This document shows, piece after piece, positions 48,904 through 61,641 of a stretch of 64,000 nucleotides of DNA (within the stretch, counting starts at the first letter, position 1; every line of letters begins with the position of its first letter). Under the pieces are notes generated by a model. The model did not search any database, was not told the DNA's origin, and was given only the letters and a program-made list of their open reading frames with translations. A program made the position numbers and the translations under genes. This DNA is from Octopus sinensis. Taxonomy: Eukaryota. The stretch is taken from positions 17,918,001 through 17,982,000 of the forward strand of contig NC_043022.1 in assembly GCF_006345805.1 (NCBI RefSeq), read 5' to 3'.

Positions 48904-49169
48904 TGCTAGATTATGTAACGTATCCTTTCCTTCATTGCCAGTACAGAGTTGAGGGAGATTTTACTGCAGTTTCTAGCAAGTCGAGCGACCACATAGAGGC
49001 TCTTTTGTTGTTTTGCGTGACTGGGTTTATTTATTGGAGGAGAATAATGACAACAGCAGTTTTGAAGAATTTCTTTGTTTGGGGCCCTCAGCTAGTATTG
49101 GAGCCGTTGTGAGAAAAAAGCGTGTTTCTTAGACCTGGCGGAGCCAGAGTTTGAACGGGCGACCTTCCA

Positions 49170-49458
49170 GATAGAGGGGGAGGAGAGAAGAGACACAGAA
49201 AGATTAGAGAGAGAGGCGAGAGGAGAAAGGAAGAGAAAGAAGGAATTGAGAGAGAGAGAGAATGAAGATAGGAGAGAGAGAAGGAATGAAAAGAGAAAGA
49301 ACGAAGCAGGGGAGAAAGAGAGAGAGACACACACACAGAGAAAGAAAAAGACGAGAGAGACGAGAGAGAGAAAAGAGAAGAGAGACGAGAGAGGGAGAGA
49401 GAGAAGAGAGACGAGAGAGAGAGAGAGAGAGACGAGAGAGTGAGACAGAGAGAGAAGA
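49170..49458 (+). repeat. Purine-rich (GA)n tract upstream of the C16orf87-like gene
   Basis: About 290 nt of almost pure A/G. Confidence 0.9.
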
Positions 49459-50223
49459 CTGGTCGTCCGAATTTCAAGTGAAACGAACATTGGCCAGTTC
49501 GTGATGGAACCTAAGTGATCATACGATCTGCTAGAAATAGCAGCCAAATTACGCTATAATCCCAAACTTTGCCGACTTATGGAGGTACACCATTAAATAA
49601 TATAATGTTAAATATCCACTGTTAAACAGACCAAACAAACAAGATGGTCACGGATGGAGTGCATTAAGCAGACGGAACCCTGTCGCTTTTCCCATGATGC
49701 CTGCCACTTCCGTTCGAACTGTTCGTCTCTCTTCTCTGAAGAGTTGCACTTTGGAAGTGAAGAGGAGGAATCCGACTCTCAACTTCCTCAAAACAACAAA
49801 CACCACACGAAGTCAATTAAGAACTTTAAGTCGCCTTTTATAATTAATCGTCTGGCTTAATTAGTTTATTATCGTCATAATAACTTCGTCTTCGATTGGA
49901 AAATTCGCTGGAATTATCGATTATTGAAGAGAAACCCACCTCCAGGAATCTCAACCAAAACATAAAACGGATCTTTAAATCTAAATAACAACTCTTGTCT
50001 CAACACTCGGATTATTTAATTAACCAGGTTCAATTTTAAACAGTTTTATTTTGTAAATGTGACGGAGTAAACGGATTTATTGTGTTTCATTTTCTAAAAA
50101 AAAAAAAGGGCAGAATCGAAGGAAATATTTAAAAATTACAGAAATCTTCCAAAGTGTATCAGAAACGACTGGTAAAATATTTTTTGAATAATCACCATCA
50201 ATCAACCAAGTAATCAATCAATT

Positions 50224-51678
50224 ATGGTCCGTAAAAAGTTCGATCGAACAGTTGTGAAAAAATGTCCAAAATGTGAGGAACAAGTACCTGTTGCTTGTAA
50301 ATTTTGTACCTGTGGACACCCGTTCGCTTCTCGGAATAAATTGCTTTTAAAAGAAGAAGCTGAGGAGGCGATGGGACATTTGGATCGCCCAGATATAAAT
50401 AAGGACGAAGAATCACCAACGGACCGTCTGAGGCGACCCAGAAGGTTGAGTCGCGACAAACCTACCTATTATGTGATTACTGAGCTGAATCGTCAGGTGA
50501 AGAGAGCCCGACAAAAGGTGAAACCGGCGATTACCACTGATGTGGGCGCTGTAGGTGAATTGGTTATACCCAAGAAGAAGAAACGAGGGCGACCTCGAGG
50601 TTCGGGTTCAAGGAATAAACCGAAACGGAAGGCGATTCTTAAACAACAGGCACCACTGCAACTTCAACAACCGAAACAGGAACCGTTGATTCTTCAACTC
50701 CCCAAACAAGAACGTCTGGAATCTTTGGAACAAGATTCACCCCAAGCAACATCGCCGTCTTCATCGTCATCTTCTTCTTCATCGCCACACACACCACCGT
50801 CTCAGAGTTATTACCATCAACTCCAAGAAATGGAATTTTCTGACACCAAACTAACCACAAGCCCCACTCCTTCCCTCAGCATCGCCACCTCTTCAGGGAT
50901 CGACAGAAAATTGAACCTGAGCAGCTCCTGTTCTGCGGCCAGCAATAATTTCGGTAATAATTCTAACCCGACGGCTGCCACTGCCTCCGCCAACCCCAGC
51001 AGCACGGGGGAAATCTCCATCAAAATTGATAACCGAACTTCTTTCTCTGCCACAACACCATCGCCACCATTATCATCATCATCATCAACATCATCAATAT
51101 CATTGTCAGCAACGGCAGCAGCAAACATCGGCCCCACGAGCAGTAAAAACAAAGGCGGCACCTCCACCGCTGCCGCCGCCTCCGCCACTATTTCTTCATC
51201 AAGCGGCGGCACCAACAGCAAGAACAACAACAGCAATAATAACAACAGCAACAACAACAGCAGCCAGAACAACAGCAGCAGCAATCTGCTGCTCATTAAC
51301 AATGCTCTGCACAGTAAGGACAACAACAACAGCAACAGCAGCATCAACAGCGTGAGCAGCAGCAGCAACAGCACCATCACCACCAATTACGGCACCAAAA
51401 ACATTTCCAACAGCGATAGCAACAGCAACAGTGTTTCTATTAGCAACATTAACAACAACAACAACAACAATAGCAACAACTGCAATAACAACAACAACAA
51501 CAGCAGTTGTAGTAGTAGTAGTAATAACAATAATAATAATAATAATGGTACCAGTAATAATAACGGGGGAGAAAAAGACATGTATTCTAACATCTCACCT
51601 GAGAAGGCTTTACAGTTTTATGCAATTTTGGCGGATTTGAACCGAAAAATCATTTCACAATCATTTAAACCTTGGTGA
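50224..51678 (+). CDS. C16orf87: UPF0547 / C16orf87-like protein, single-exon ORF of 484 aa with a long Ser/Asn low-complexity insert
   Basis: N-terminal KKCPKCEEQVPVACKFCTCGHPF (CxxC...CxxCxC zinc-ribbon-like), an AT-hook-like KKRGRPRG, and C-terminal EKDMYSNISPEKALQFYAILADLNRKIISQ. These match the termini of vertebrate C16orf87 as I recall them. The frame is open for 1455 nt. Confidence 0.88.
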   Translation: MVRKKFDRTVVKKCPKCEEQVPVACKFCTCGHPFASRNKLLLKEEAEEAMGHLDRPDINKDEESPTDRLRRPRRLSRDKPTYYVITELNRQVKRARQKVKPAITTDVGAVGELVIPKKKKRGRPRGSGSRNKPKRKAILKQQAPLQLQQPKQEPLILQLPKQERLESLEQDSPQATSPSSSSSSSSSPHTPPSQSYYHQLQEMEFSDTKLTTSPTPSLSIATSSGIDRKLNLSSSCSAASNNFGNNSNPTAATASANPSSTGEISIKIDNRTSFSATTPSPPLSSSSSTSSISLSATAAANIGPTSSKNKGGTSTAAAASATISSSSGGTNSKNNNSNNNNSNNNSSQNNSSSNLLLINNALHSKDNNNSNSSINSVSSSSNSTITTNYGTKNISNSDSNSNSVSISNINNNNNNNSNNCNNNNNNSSCSSSSNNNNNNNNGTSNNNGGEKDMYSNISPEKALQFYAILADLNRKIISQSFKPW

Positions 51679-52109
51679 AACGTTTTGGCATTCATTGTTT
51701 ATAATATATACATCTTCACAAAACACACACACATACACTATATATATATATACATACATACATATATATATACATAAATATGTGTGTGAATTTGTATATA
51801 ACATTGCGTGTGTGTATGTATATATGTATGTGTGTATATTATGTTATATAAAAATATATATATAAAATATGTGTATATATGTTAAATAAAATATATACAT
51901 ATATATTATATAAAATTATATATACACACACACACACACATATATGCACATTAGTCTCATGTTAAGAAAAAAGAACCAATTTAATTATCAATATGAGATT
52001 TTACATAAATATACTCAAAGTTAATTAAAAAAAGCATTTTATTAAATTATAAATTTGTTATAAAGACAGATTTACAAAATATCCATTTTATATATATATA
52101 TATATATAC

Positions 52110-52151
<42 letters not shown>

Positions 52152-54758
52152 TATATATACATATATATATCATATATATATATATGTGTATATCATATAT
52201 ATATATATATCATAGATCCATACCCACTTGTGGAAAATAAAAAAGGATTATCGACACTTTATTAATTGATTTATCAGTCATTTAATTTTTTTTTCTCTGG
52301 TTTAATGAAGGATTATTTTGATTTTATATTTTTAAATTTCAAAATAATTATGGAGAAAGTTGAAGTAAGAATCGAATTCTTGAGGTATTTTGTGTTGTTC
52401 TTCATATTTCATTGTTTCCAATTCTAAATATTTGCCTTGTTTTAAATATTTATTATTAATAACGTGATGAGTTTCCTACCGCGGAAGCAGCACACTACAC
52501 ATGTGAACATTATTTGGACACAGGAATATATATATATATACATATATATATGTATGTTTGTGTGTATGTATATATATATTATTGTGTCTGGGGAGAATCA
52601 GATTTCTTAATATTGGTTTGTATATAACGATTATATATGTTTATGTGTGTGCTTCAATCCATGTTCCTCTAAATATAACAGAGAACATATAAATAGAATA
52701 ATAATGATGATGATTATGGTGATTATGAAGATCATAATCTTTGTTTGGAATTAAAGAAATAGTTGAGAGAAAAGGTTTTAAAGAACACAGACAGACACAT
52801 AAATGGGGAATTGAAAAAAAACCCCTTTGCACGTCCCACAATTAACCAGGGTCAAGGAAAAATTAAAAGAAATAAAGAAATATCAGTTTATTTATGGTAG
52901 AAACACAACAAAATCTGTTTCAAGACTTCACATCAAAAATCTTGCCAAACAATTTCATAAACGGGAAGATATTTGTTTTTATCATTGAAATCTCTTCCAC
53001 TTAGCTGTGTTTGGTTTTTGCTTCAGGATCTGACTAATTAAACGTTGCCAATAATAATAAGAAGAATGAGGATGTGCTTTATTTTCTAACTTTATGAATC
53101 ATTAAGGAAAGAATTTCTATTTGAAAAATCTAATTTCATATTGGTGATGTCCATGTATTTTGCAAAGGACTTTTAGAGTAATTAACAATAATGGGAAGCT
53201 TTGCTCGTTCTTATTGTATTTGAAATATAATGGAATTAGTTTGTTTAGTAGAAATACAATCTCTACCATATATATAGGCATCATATATATATGTATGTAT
53301 AAATTTGCATTATGTATGTGTCTATGAAGTCCGATGATGGCTTAGAAACTTCGAAGTCATTATCCTTGTTAAAGAATAAATAGTACATTTGTACTTTACA
53401 AAAGTATGGAGTAACCTTCAGAGTAATGTAAAATTGGTTTTATTATAACTTAAAAACCAACGTTAATATACACACACGAAATTACTTTTATTATTTGAAA
53501 GAAGACATTCGTGTTGGAATTGTAGAGAAATGGTCGTTGGTTGGTTTTAAAAGCTTCCCAATATTTTTAATTTTCGTGTTTTACTTTTTTGGAATCCCCT
53601 TTAAAAAAGAATTGTCCCCGACGTCTGCTGGAAAAAAAAGACCCTCTTAAAGTTGGCACAAGCTTAACCATTTATATCTCATTCAATAAATTCTTCAAAC
53701 TTGTCCAAATTCAATTGTGCTGAAACAGTGAAAGCTTATAAATCTCAACCCTTTTTTTTATACCTGTCTCCACACAATTATAATTTCATCCGGTTAATTG
53801 GTTTGGTCCACATAAGGAATCGTTATAGGTTGACTTTGCCTTTCATTCTTTCAAAGTCGATAAAATAAGCACCAGATGAATACCGCCGGGGTCAATGCAC
53901 TCAACTTGACCCCGGCCCCGAAATTGCTGGCTTTATGCCAAAATTTGAAACCATTATTATTATTATTATTATTATTACCACTATTTGTGTATAAAGAACG
54001 TTTAGAGAGGAGGTGTGGGTTTCCCTTAATGAAGACCCTTTCGGTGCTAAACCAGTTTCTACAACGTGGCTGGCATTTTTTGGCCCAAAATGTATTAATG
54101 TTAATCGTTTTAAATGAATGTTTCCTGTTGAAAATTTTTATCACTATTTGTTTGATGGCGATGTTTTAAAAGCAGCACAACTGTTAATTACCTAATTAGA
54201 TGAAATGAAGAGAGAAATTAAAGCGTTCGTCATCAATTAATAGTTTTGTTCCTATGGAAGTGACTCTTTCGATGCCTCTTCAGAACAGAACTGATCCATG
54301 TTGTCTAGAAACGTGTTTAAATCAGTTTTCTGTGTGTATAATATATACGTTTACATATGCGTGTATTGTGTCGTACATAGCCATAAGAACGTGTGTATAT
54401 ATATATAATATATATTCATCTCATTTCTTTTCCTATATATATAGATATATATACACGTATGTGGCGGATATATATTATATTTTTTATGTGTATGTTGTTG
54501 TGCATGTGGCAATAAGATCGCGCGTGTGTATGTATCTATATAGATATAGATGTATAACCCAGTTTCATTGCGCTTCTATTGTTCTTCAGTCCTAATTTGC
54601 TCTTCGCTAATTTCTTTTCAAACTTCTCTCTATGTCCTCCCCTCCCGTCAGGTTCTCTCACCACCACATATATACACAAACATAAGTATATATATATACG
54701 TACGTATGTATGTGTGTGTGTATATCGCATCTATGTAATATATATGTGTGTGTGTGTG

Positions 54759-54806
<48 letters not shown>

Positions 54807-56964
54807 CGTTTAAGATTCTATGTCAGAAAAATTATACACACACACCCATATATATGCGATGGCTTTTTTTGCTAAGCGATCTCCTCTAAACATTTTCATT
54901 CCTTCTTCCTTTCTTTACCAAACTTTCCTCCAACAACCTTCCTCCTTCTTCTCATTTCTTCACCAATTTTGGTCGCCTCGTTTATTTTCTTAATTAGAAA
55001 TTATTATTAATATAATTTTTTAAAAAATTAATTCTTCGATATTTACTTTATTTTAAATTTAAGATAAACAATTAAAAATTATTTACTGTAAACAAACTAC
55101 ACTCTCTACACATTTCACAACGAAGTCTATTAAATACACACACACACACATAAATATATATACATTTATACACACGCACACATATATTTATAGATACACA
55201 CTCGTATATATTTTATATATATATACTCGAAGCAGTTATTAACAACGAAACTTAACGGTTCTTAATCAAGGATTAGATGTTTTTAATAATCCATTCTCTT
55301 CAAAATTTACAATAATTATTTAATTCTCTTTAATTTTAGCCTCTCTAAATATTACTGCATGTTTAGCCCTAGGTGGACCGGTTTTTGGCAGAAAGAAATC
55401 TGTGATGAAATGTGTTCCAGCTGTAACAATCCCGTCTTTCAGAGTTGTTTACATCGTTTAATACATTCCAACCATGACGGTCACGTATTTCAAAACTCTC
55501 TGCATCATCTAATGCGTGTTTCCCAGCTTTAAGACGATGGGATGTGATCGAAGGTTGGCTGCTATTTCTAGTCGTTCAAGCGCCCAAGATAAATCTAGAT
55601 TATTCTGAGGGTTCAAGACCCTTCTAATATTTTTTGGAAATAAAGATATAGAACATTGTGGGGTTTATCCATTTCCAGTAGTTATTAACACCGATGTAAT
55701 GAAGCCTTTGGCCTTAATTAGTCGTTAATTATGTTGTGAGTAGGGAGGGGGGAGGTGATTGGGTAGTCTTGCGGAGTTTTGTCAGGTGTTATTAATTCAG
55801 ACCAATGATATCCTAACATGTTTGTGTGTGTGTGTATATATATGTATATATACACACACACTACAGATGCGAATGATAATAAAATGTAACATTTTACACA
55901 AAATAATCGTGTAGAAATATCGCATTCCATGATTGTACATGTGTGTGTATTTATTAGGTCTCTCTGATAAACTTGTTTTTCTCTGTCGTTTCTACTCAAA
56001 TGTGAAAGTGTTTCTTCAGAGATTGTTTATAAATGCTGAAGATTTCAATGAAAACCAGTCGATTAGCAAGGGTCATGTACCAACCTGTTTAGTCATTTGG
56101 TGGGCACCCCCCTCTCTCATACACACACACGTACCTCTCTGTCTTAAAATAATGATTATTTTAAAGCATTTATGAGAATAACAAACTCTTTATTTATTGT
56201 GTAACTGTACTGGGAGTTACATAGCGTGGTCTATAGAAATATGTAGGTGCATGTGGATAATAATAATGATAGTAATAATTGTGTGGTATCTCTATGTGTG
56301 TGTGTGTGTTTGTGATAATAATTGTGAATTGTGTATCTGTCTGTCTTTTATCATTTAATGTGTGTTTTTCATGCTGGCATGGGTTTCACAGGTGCTGACC
56401 AGCTGGAGAGCTGCACCAAGCTCCGTTGTCTCTTCCAGCATTGTTTCTACAGCTGGATACCCTTCTTAACACCAACCACTTTGTTACATTGTGCTGGGTG
56501 CTTTTTACGTGGCCCCATCACCACTGCTTTTTATGAAACTAGCATCAGTGCTTTTTCTCTATCATTTGTTTGTTGTTTCTACCCAGTCTAAACCTGTGTG
56601 ACACCCCACTTATTCTCACCCCACCTACTGTCCCTCAAGGACATGTCCTGACACATCATTGCCACCATCTCTCTCCTTTCTTTTTCTCCAACTGGGGGTA
56701 TCCATGTATCTATTCTACAGCAAAACACCTGTCTCTCTACCTTTAATCTTTCAGCTGACACAAAGCACTCCACTTCCCTCAATACGACAAACCATTTCTA
56801 GTTGAGGGCTTTTTGCCTTGCAAGTTATTTTGATATAAAAGCACCCATTACATTCTCAGAGTGGTTGGTGTCAGGAAGGGCATCCAGCCGTAGAAAACCA
56901 TGTCAAATCAGACTGGAGTCTGGTGCAGCCTGCCAGCATAGATGATGCTGATGATGTAGCATTC

Positions 56965-57960
56965 TTTGGTTTGGAGAAGGCTTTTGACAAGATGCCTGCT
57001 CAGCAATCTGGTGATGACCAAAGAAACCAAGTGCCAAGGAATGCTTTGTGAGGGCTGAAACTGCTTTGCACAAAGTGAGAGTCAGCAATGAGTTCGACGG
57101 TGAATTTAGGGTGAAAGCAGGGATCCATAAGGTTCACCCCTCAGACCCATTCTATTCATCATAGTCTTACAGTTTATCACAAGAGGAGTGAGTTCAAGAC
57201 CAGCTGCCTATGGGAACCCCTATATGTCGATGTAGTTCTCATAGTGGAATTAGTAAACATATTTCAAGCTTGGAATCAAAACCCAGAGTTGAGAGAACTC
57301 AGCAAAGACTAAGGTGTTACCAGGAAAGACCAATCTACTCTGGAACTATCAGGGAAATGGTCTCACCTGATATGCTGAACAGGAGTTGGCAGGAACTCTA
57401 TAATGCTGTTATCCAGTGCAAGCTGTGGACACACAAGAATTGTAGTAGAATCACAGACTAACAGAATAGGCAAACTTTTGTATGTGGTGGATGCACTGGG
57501 GCCATAATCATTAACAGCACAGCAAAAATGGATTTTTTTTTCAATTCCCAGCTGGCTTACTAGAAGTAGTCAATAGGTTCTGTTACCTGTGACGTAATTT
57601 GCAGGGGAAACAACTGTTCAGAATGTTTAGTGGTCAGGATACGAATGGGTGGGAAAAAGTTCAGTGAACCTCTTCCAGCAGCAGAAGTTTTCTCCTTCAG
57701 AGTGGAGGGCAGATTGTATCATGCTTGTGTTTGAATTGTAATGATGTCTGGTGGTGAGACATGGGCCTTGAATGCAGGCGACTGGAAAGGAATGAGGCAA
57801 GAATTCTCTGAGGGATGCGCAATGACTGCATGCATGGATTCCAGAGTACAAACATACTGAGAGAAAAACTTGATTTAAGAGAAATCAGTCTGTTGAATAA
57901 AAACTATGTCAGATATTGAATTTTGTATAAAGAATGAAGGCCACTCAGTTAGATTTCTGC
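56965..57960 (+). mobile_element. Degraded RTE LINE RT fragment
   Basis: Disrupted translations [47 protein letters not shown] are collinear with the RTE at 38557-39773. Many stops and indels. Confidence 0.8.
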
Positions 57961-60900
57961 TATTGGGAGAGACAGGACTTAAAAGAGAAGACCTTCCTAA
58001 GCTAATGGGGGACAGATGTTGGTGAAATGCAACTTCATGAAAACTTTTGAAGAAGATAAGATGTTTGCTTCCTAGCCACATGGTTCTGGGTTCAGTCCCA
58101 CTCTGTGGCACTTTGGGCAAGTGTCTTCCGCTATAGCCCTGGGCCAATGAAAGCCTTATGAGTAGATTTGGTGTGGGAAGGAAACTAAAAAGATGTGTGT
58201 CTTTGTGTTTGTCTTCCACCACTGCTTGACAATTGATATTGGTTTGTTTATGTCCTTGTAACTTGGCAGTTCAGCAAAAGTGACCAACAGAATATAAGTA
58301 CCAAGCTTAAGAAAAATACCATTGGGGTTGATTTGTCTGACTAAAACCCTTCAAAGCAGAGTGCCCCAGCATGGCCACAGTCCAATGACCGAAGCTTCTG
58401 CTTCCCATGTTGGCATGGGTTAAAAGATGAACCAGGAAGCAGCACCAGGCTCCAGTTTTACTCCCTTAATGAAGACGCATACATTGGGCAAAAAGGGTAA
58501 AGACAAATGAGAGGGGGGTGGGGATAGCAGTGATGAAAGGAATCGAGGGGCTGGGAGGGTGAAGTCAGGGGTCAATCAAGCATGTCTTCACTCTTCAATA
58601 TGTAGAAACATGTTGTTTAAGCCTCAAAACAGCTCTATTGTCCAAAGTGTCCTTCATTTTTAAATAGCAGAGAAGAATTTGGCTGCTGTTTCTGTCTTGT
58701 CAAGTGTCCATACAAAAGCACCTTCATTGGCTCCATACTGCTGCTGCTGTTGTTGTTGTTGTTTAACCACTGGTCAGTCATACATAAGCAAACCTGTGAT
58801 AAAAAGTGATCCAGTCATAAAGTTTTCATATTTTTCCATCTAACATAATGTACCTTGGAGTACATTATCCAATGTGTTTTCCTTTTGAAGACTTGCGGGA
58901 GACTTGGTTGCCATTTCTAGCAAATCCAGTGGCTGCTTAGAGCAGGTAGATTTTGTTTTGAGAAGTGGGGCACATTAGACATGCCTCTTCATCAGGTGGG
59001 CCATACTCCTAATAAAGACACCAAGGTGCCACAAGCTGCAGGTGGCCCAACGTCTGGAAGTTCCCTCTTTGGTTTCGCAAAGAACTGATTTGAATTAATT
59101 TGGTTTTTATTAACATTAAGAATGTTATTTCCATATCAACCAAACTCTGTCTGTCTGTCTGTCTCTCTTTCCTCTCGCAACCTACATCATGAAATAACAC
59201 TTTCTGACAGGAACAATGTCAAGTCATATGAAATGTGATCCTGAGAGTGAGGGGGGGAGGAGCTGTTTTTAATTGTGGTTTCATTAAACTCTGCATTTTG
59301 CTTCCCTCTACCCCCTCCTCTTTCTCTCTCTCTAATACTAAACACTGACCCAAATCTATAGAAATTACTGGAATATTAACTTTTTTCATGAAAATATTTA
59401 TTTATCACACACACACTCTCACAATTTAATGATATTTAACAATATGAACCAACAAACGAGCCTGTACATGCTTGTTCAGTTTGCTAGACACAACAGCCAA
59501 GTATCAGTCTGTCTCTCAAATCACACCCTACTGTCTTTAAAGAAAAGGAAGGACACATTGGTTAGTATAATCAGAGATGAACTAGGTCAAAAAAGCCAGG
59601 TAGGATGGTCATAAATGGACCCTTGATTATAGCCCTACCTAATCATGACAGGTGAAGGTGCATGGCTTAGTGGGTTGGATATTTGGCTCATGATTGTAAG
59701 GCTGTGAGTTCAATTCCCAGTGGCTCATTGTGTCAAAACACTTTATTTCAAGTTGCTCCAGTCCACTCAGCTGGCAAAAGTGAGGTGTACCTGTAATTCA
59801 TAAGGGTCCAGCCTTGTTACATTCTGTGTCAAGTGGAATATCACTGAGAACTATGTTAAGGATGTGTATCTGTGGAGCATTCGACCATGTGCACATTAAT
59901 TTTATGAGTAGGCTGAGCCATTGGCCAAACCCAATGGGGACCATGGCCATCATAACTGACGGAAAGCCAGGTCAGTCATGACTAACCGGAAGCTAAACAA
60001 TAACAGAATCATCTTTTATTGTAAATGGCCGAGTACTCCTCAGACAATTGTAATCTTCAGGCAGTATCAGAGTGACATGGTGACAAAACTGGTGTTTCTT
60101 TTAGGAATGGGGCCCTTGTGGGGATTGAAAAGGGGACAGAACTAATGCCTTGTTGCCACTCTTCTGAATCTTCTCCAGCCAGACCACCATGGCCAAGAAA
60201 GGAGAATTGTTGAGAGATAAAACCCTGCTGTTTTTTTTTATAAAGAGTGGAGGGTCTGGACATGCAACCACGTGGTCTTGGGGTCAGTCCCACTGTGCAG
60301 CACCTTAGGCAAATGTCTTCTACAATATCCTTTGACTGACAAAAGCCTTGTGAGTGAATTTGGTCAATGGAAATTGTGTGGAAGCCTGTCACCCCCCCCC
60401 CCATATATATGTATGTATATGTGAGTGTGTGTCTTTGTACCTGTATTTACTCCCTGCACCACTTGAGAACTGGTGATGGTTTGTTCACATCCCTATAACT
60501 TAGCAGTTCAGTAAATAAAGACCAAAAGAATAAATACTAGATTTAAAAATACAAAATAAAACACTCAGGCCAATTTGTTTGAATAAACCTCTTGAAGGAG
60601 GTGCTCCAGCATGACCACTGTTCAATGACTGAAAGAATTAAAAGGTAATATTTGAAGGGGATGGGGTTGCTGTTACAGACTGTTTTAGAGGCTTCCACAC
60701 AGTCTCCATCTATCCAAAATCACTTGGTTTGCAGTTAGATCAAAGCTGTGTTAGATAACAGTGAGTCAAGATAGCATACAGAGGGATTGAACCCAGAACT
60801 CCATGGTTGTGAAGTAAATTTGTTAACCATTTAACAGTGAGCTTGCACCAACTGTTGTCTTTTCTTTATTTCACTGTTTTTCATGAACAGAGATTTCATC

Positions 60901-61596
60901 GTCAGCACTGGGTTTAATGACCACTTTTCCATGCTTGCATAGGTCAGATCGAATTTGTTGAGCCAAACTTACCACAGCTGGATGCTTTTCCCGTTGCCAA
61001 CCTTTGGCTATTTCCAAGTCAGGTCATATTTCCCCATGACCAGACGTTTTCATGGAAGATTAGAAACAAAAAACACTGCTTGTATGAAGGTGACACTCGT
61101 TTACAACTATCACAAACCAAGAAGACAGCAACAACATACATATAAACATAATTACACACATATACAATGGGCTTCTTTCAGTTTCCTTGTACCAAATCCT
61201 CTCACAAGGCTTTGACCAGCTCAGGGCTATAGTAGAGGACATCTGCTTAAGATGCCACATACTGGGACTGACCCCTGCAATGCAGCGACCAATTAAATGC
61301 ATCCATTTAATGGTTAGTGTAAAAGAGTAATGGCTAAGTCTGTGACAAATCCTGTTTGCATTCCTAGTTGAAGCCACTTCATTTGAATTGAGGGTCACTC
61401 GGAGAATAACACAAGGGCAGGACCCCAATTCCAACTGTATCGATCACTAAAATACAGGTAAGTTTTCTCTCCAACCACATGGTTCTGGGTTCAGTCCCAC
61501 TGGGTGCCACCTTGGGTAAGTGTCTTCTATTAGAACCTCAAATTGAGGTTACCTATATGTATAAATGGTGATGGGAGACAAACACAGATACACACA

Positions 61597-61641
<45 letters not shown>

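Noticed and set aside
49088-49547. Arg/Glu-rich and Ser/Leu-rich ORFs
   Set aside because: Translations of the GA tract.
50639-51640. Poly-Leu/Val antisense and alternate-frame ORFs
   Set aside because: Shadows of the trinucleotide repeats in the C16orf87-like CDS.
58945-58995. CTGATGA plus a stem II-like hairpin on the minus strand
   Set aside because: GAAA is replaced by CAAA and there is no stem III or stem I.
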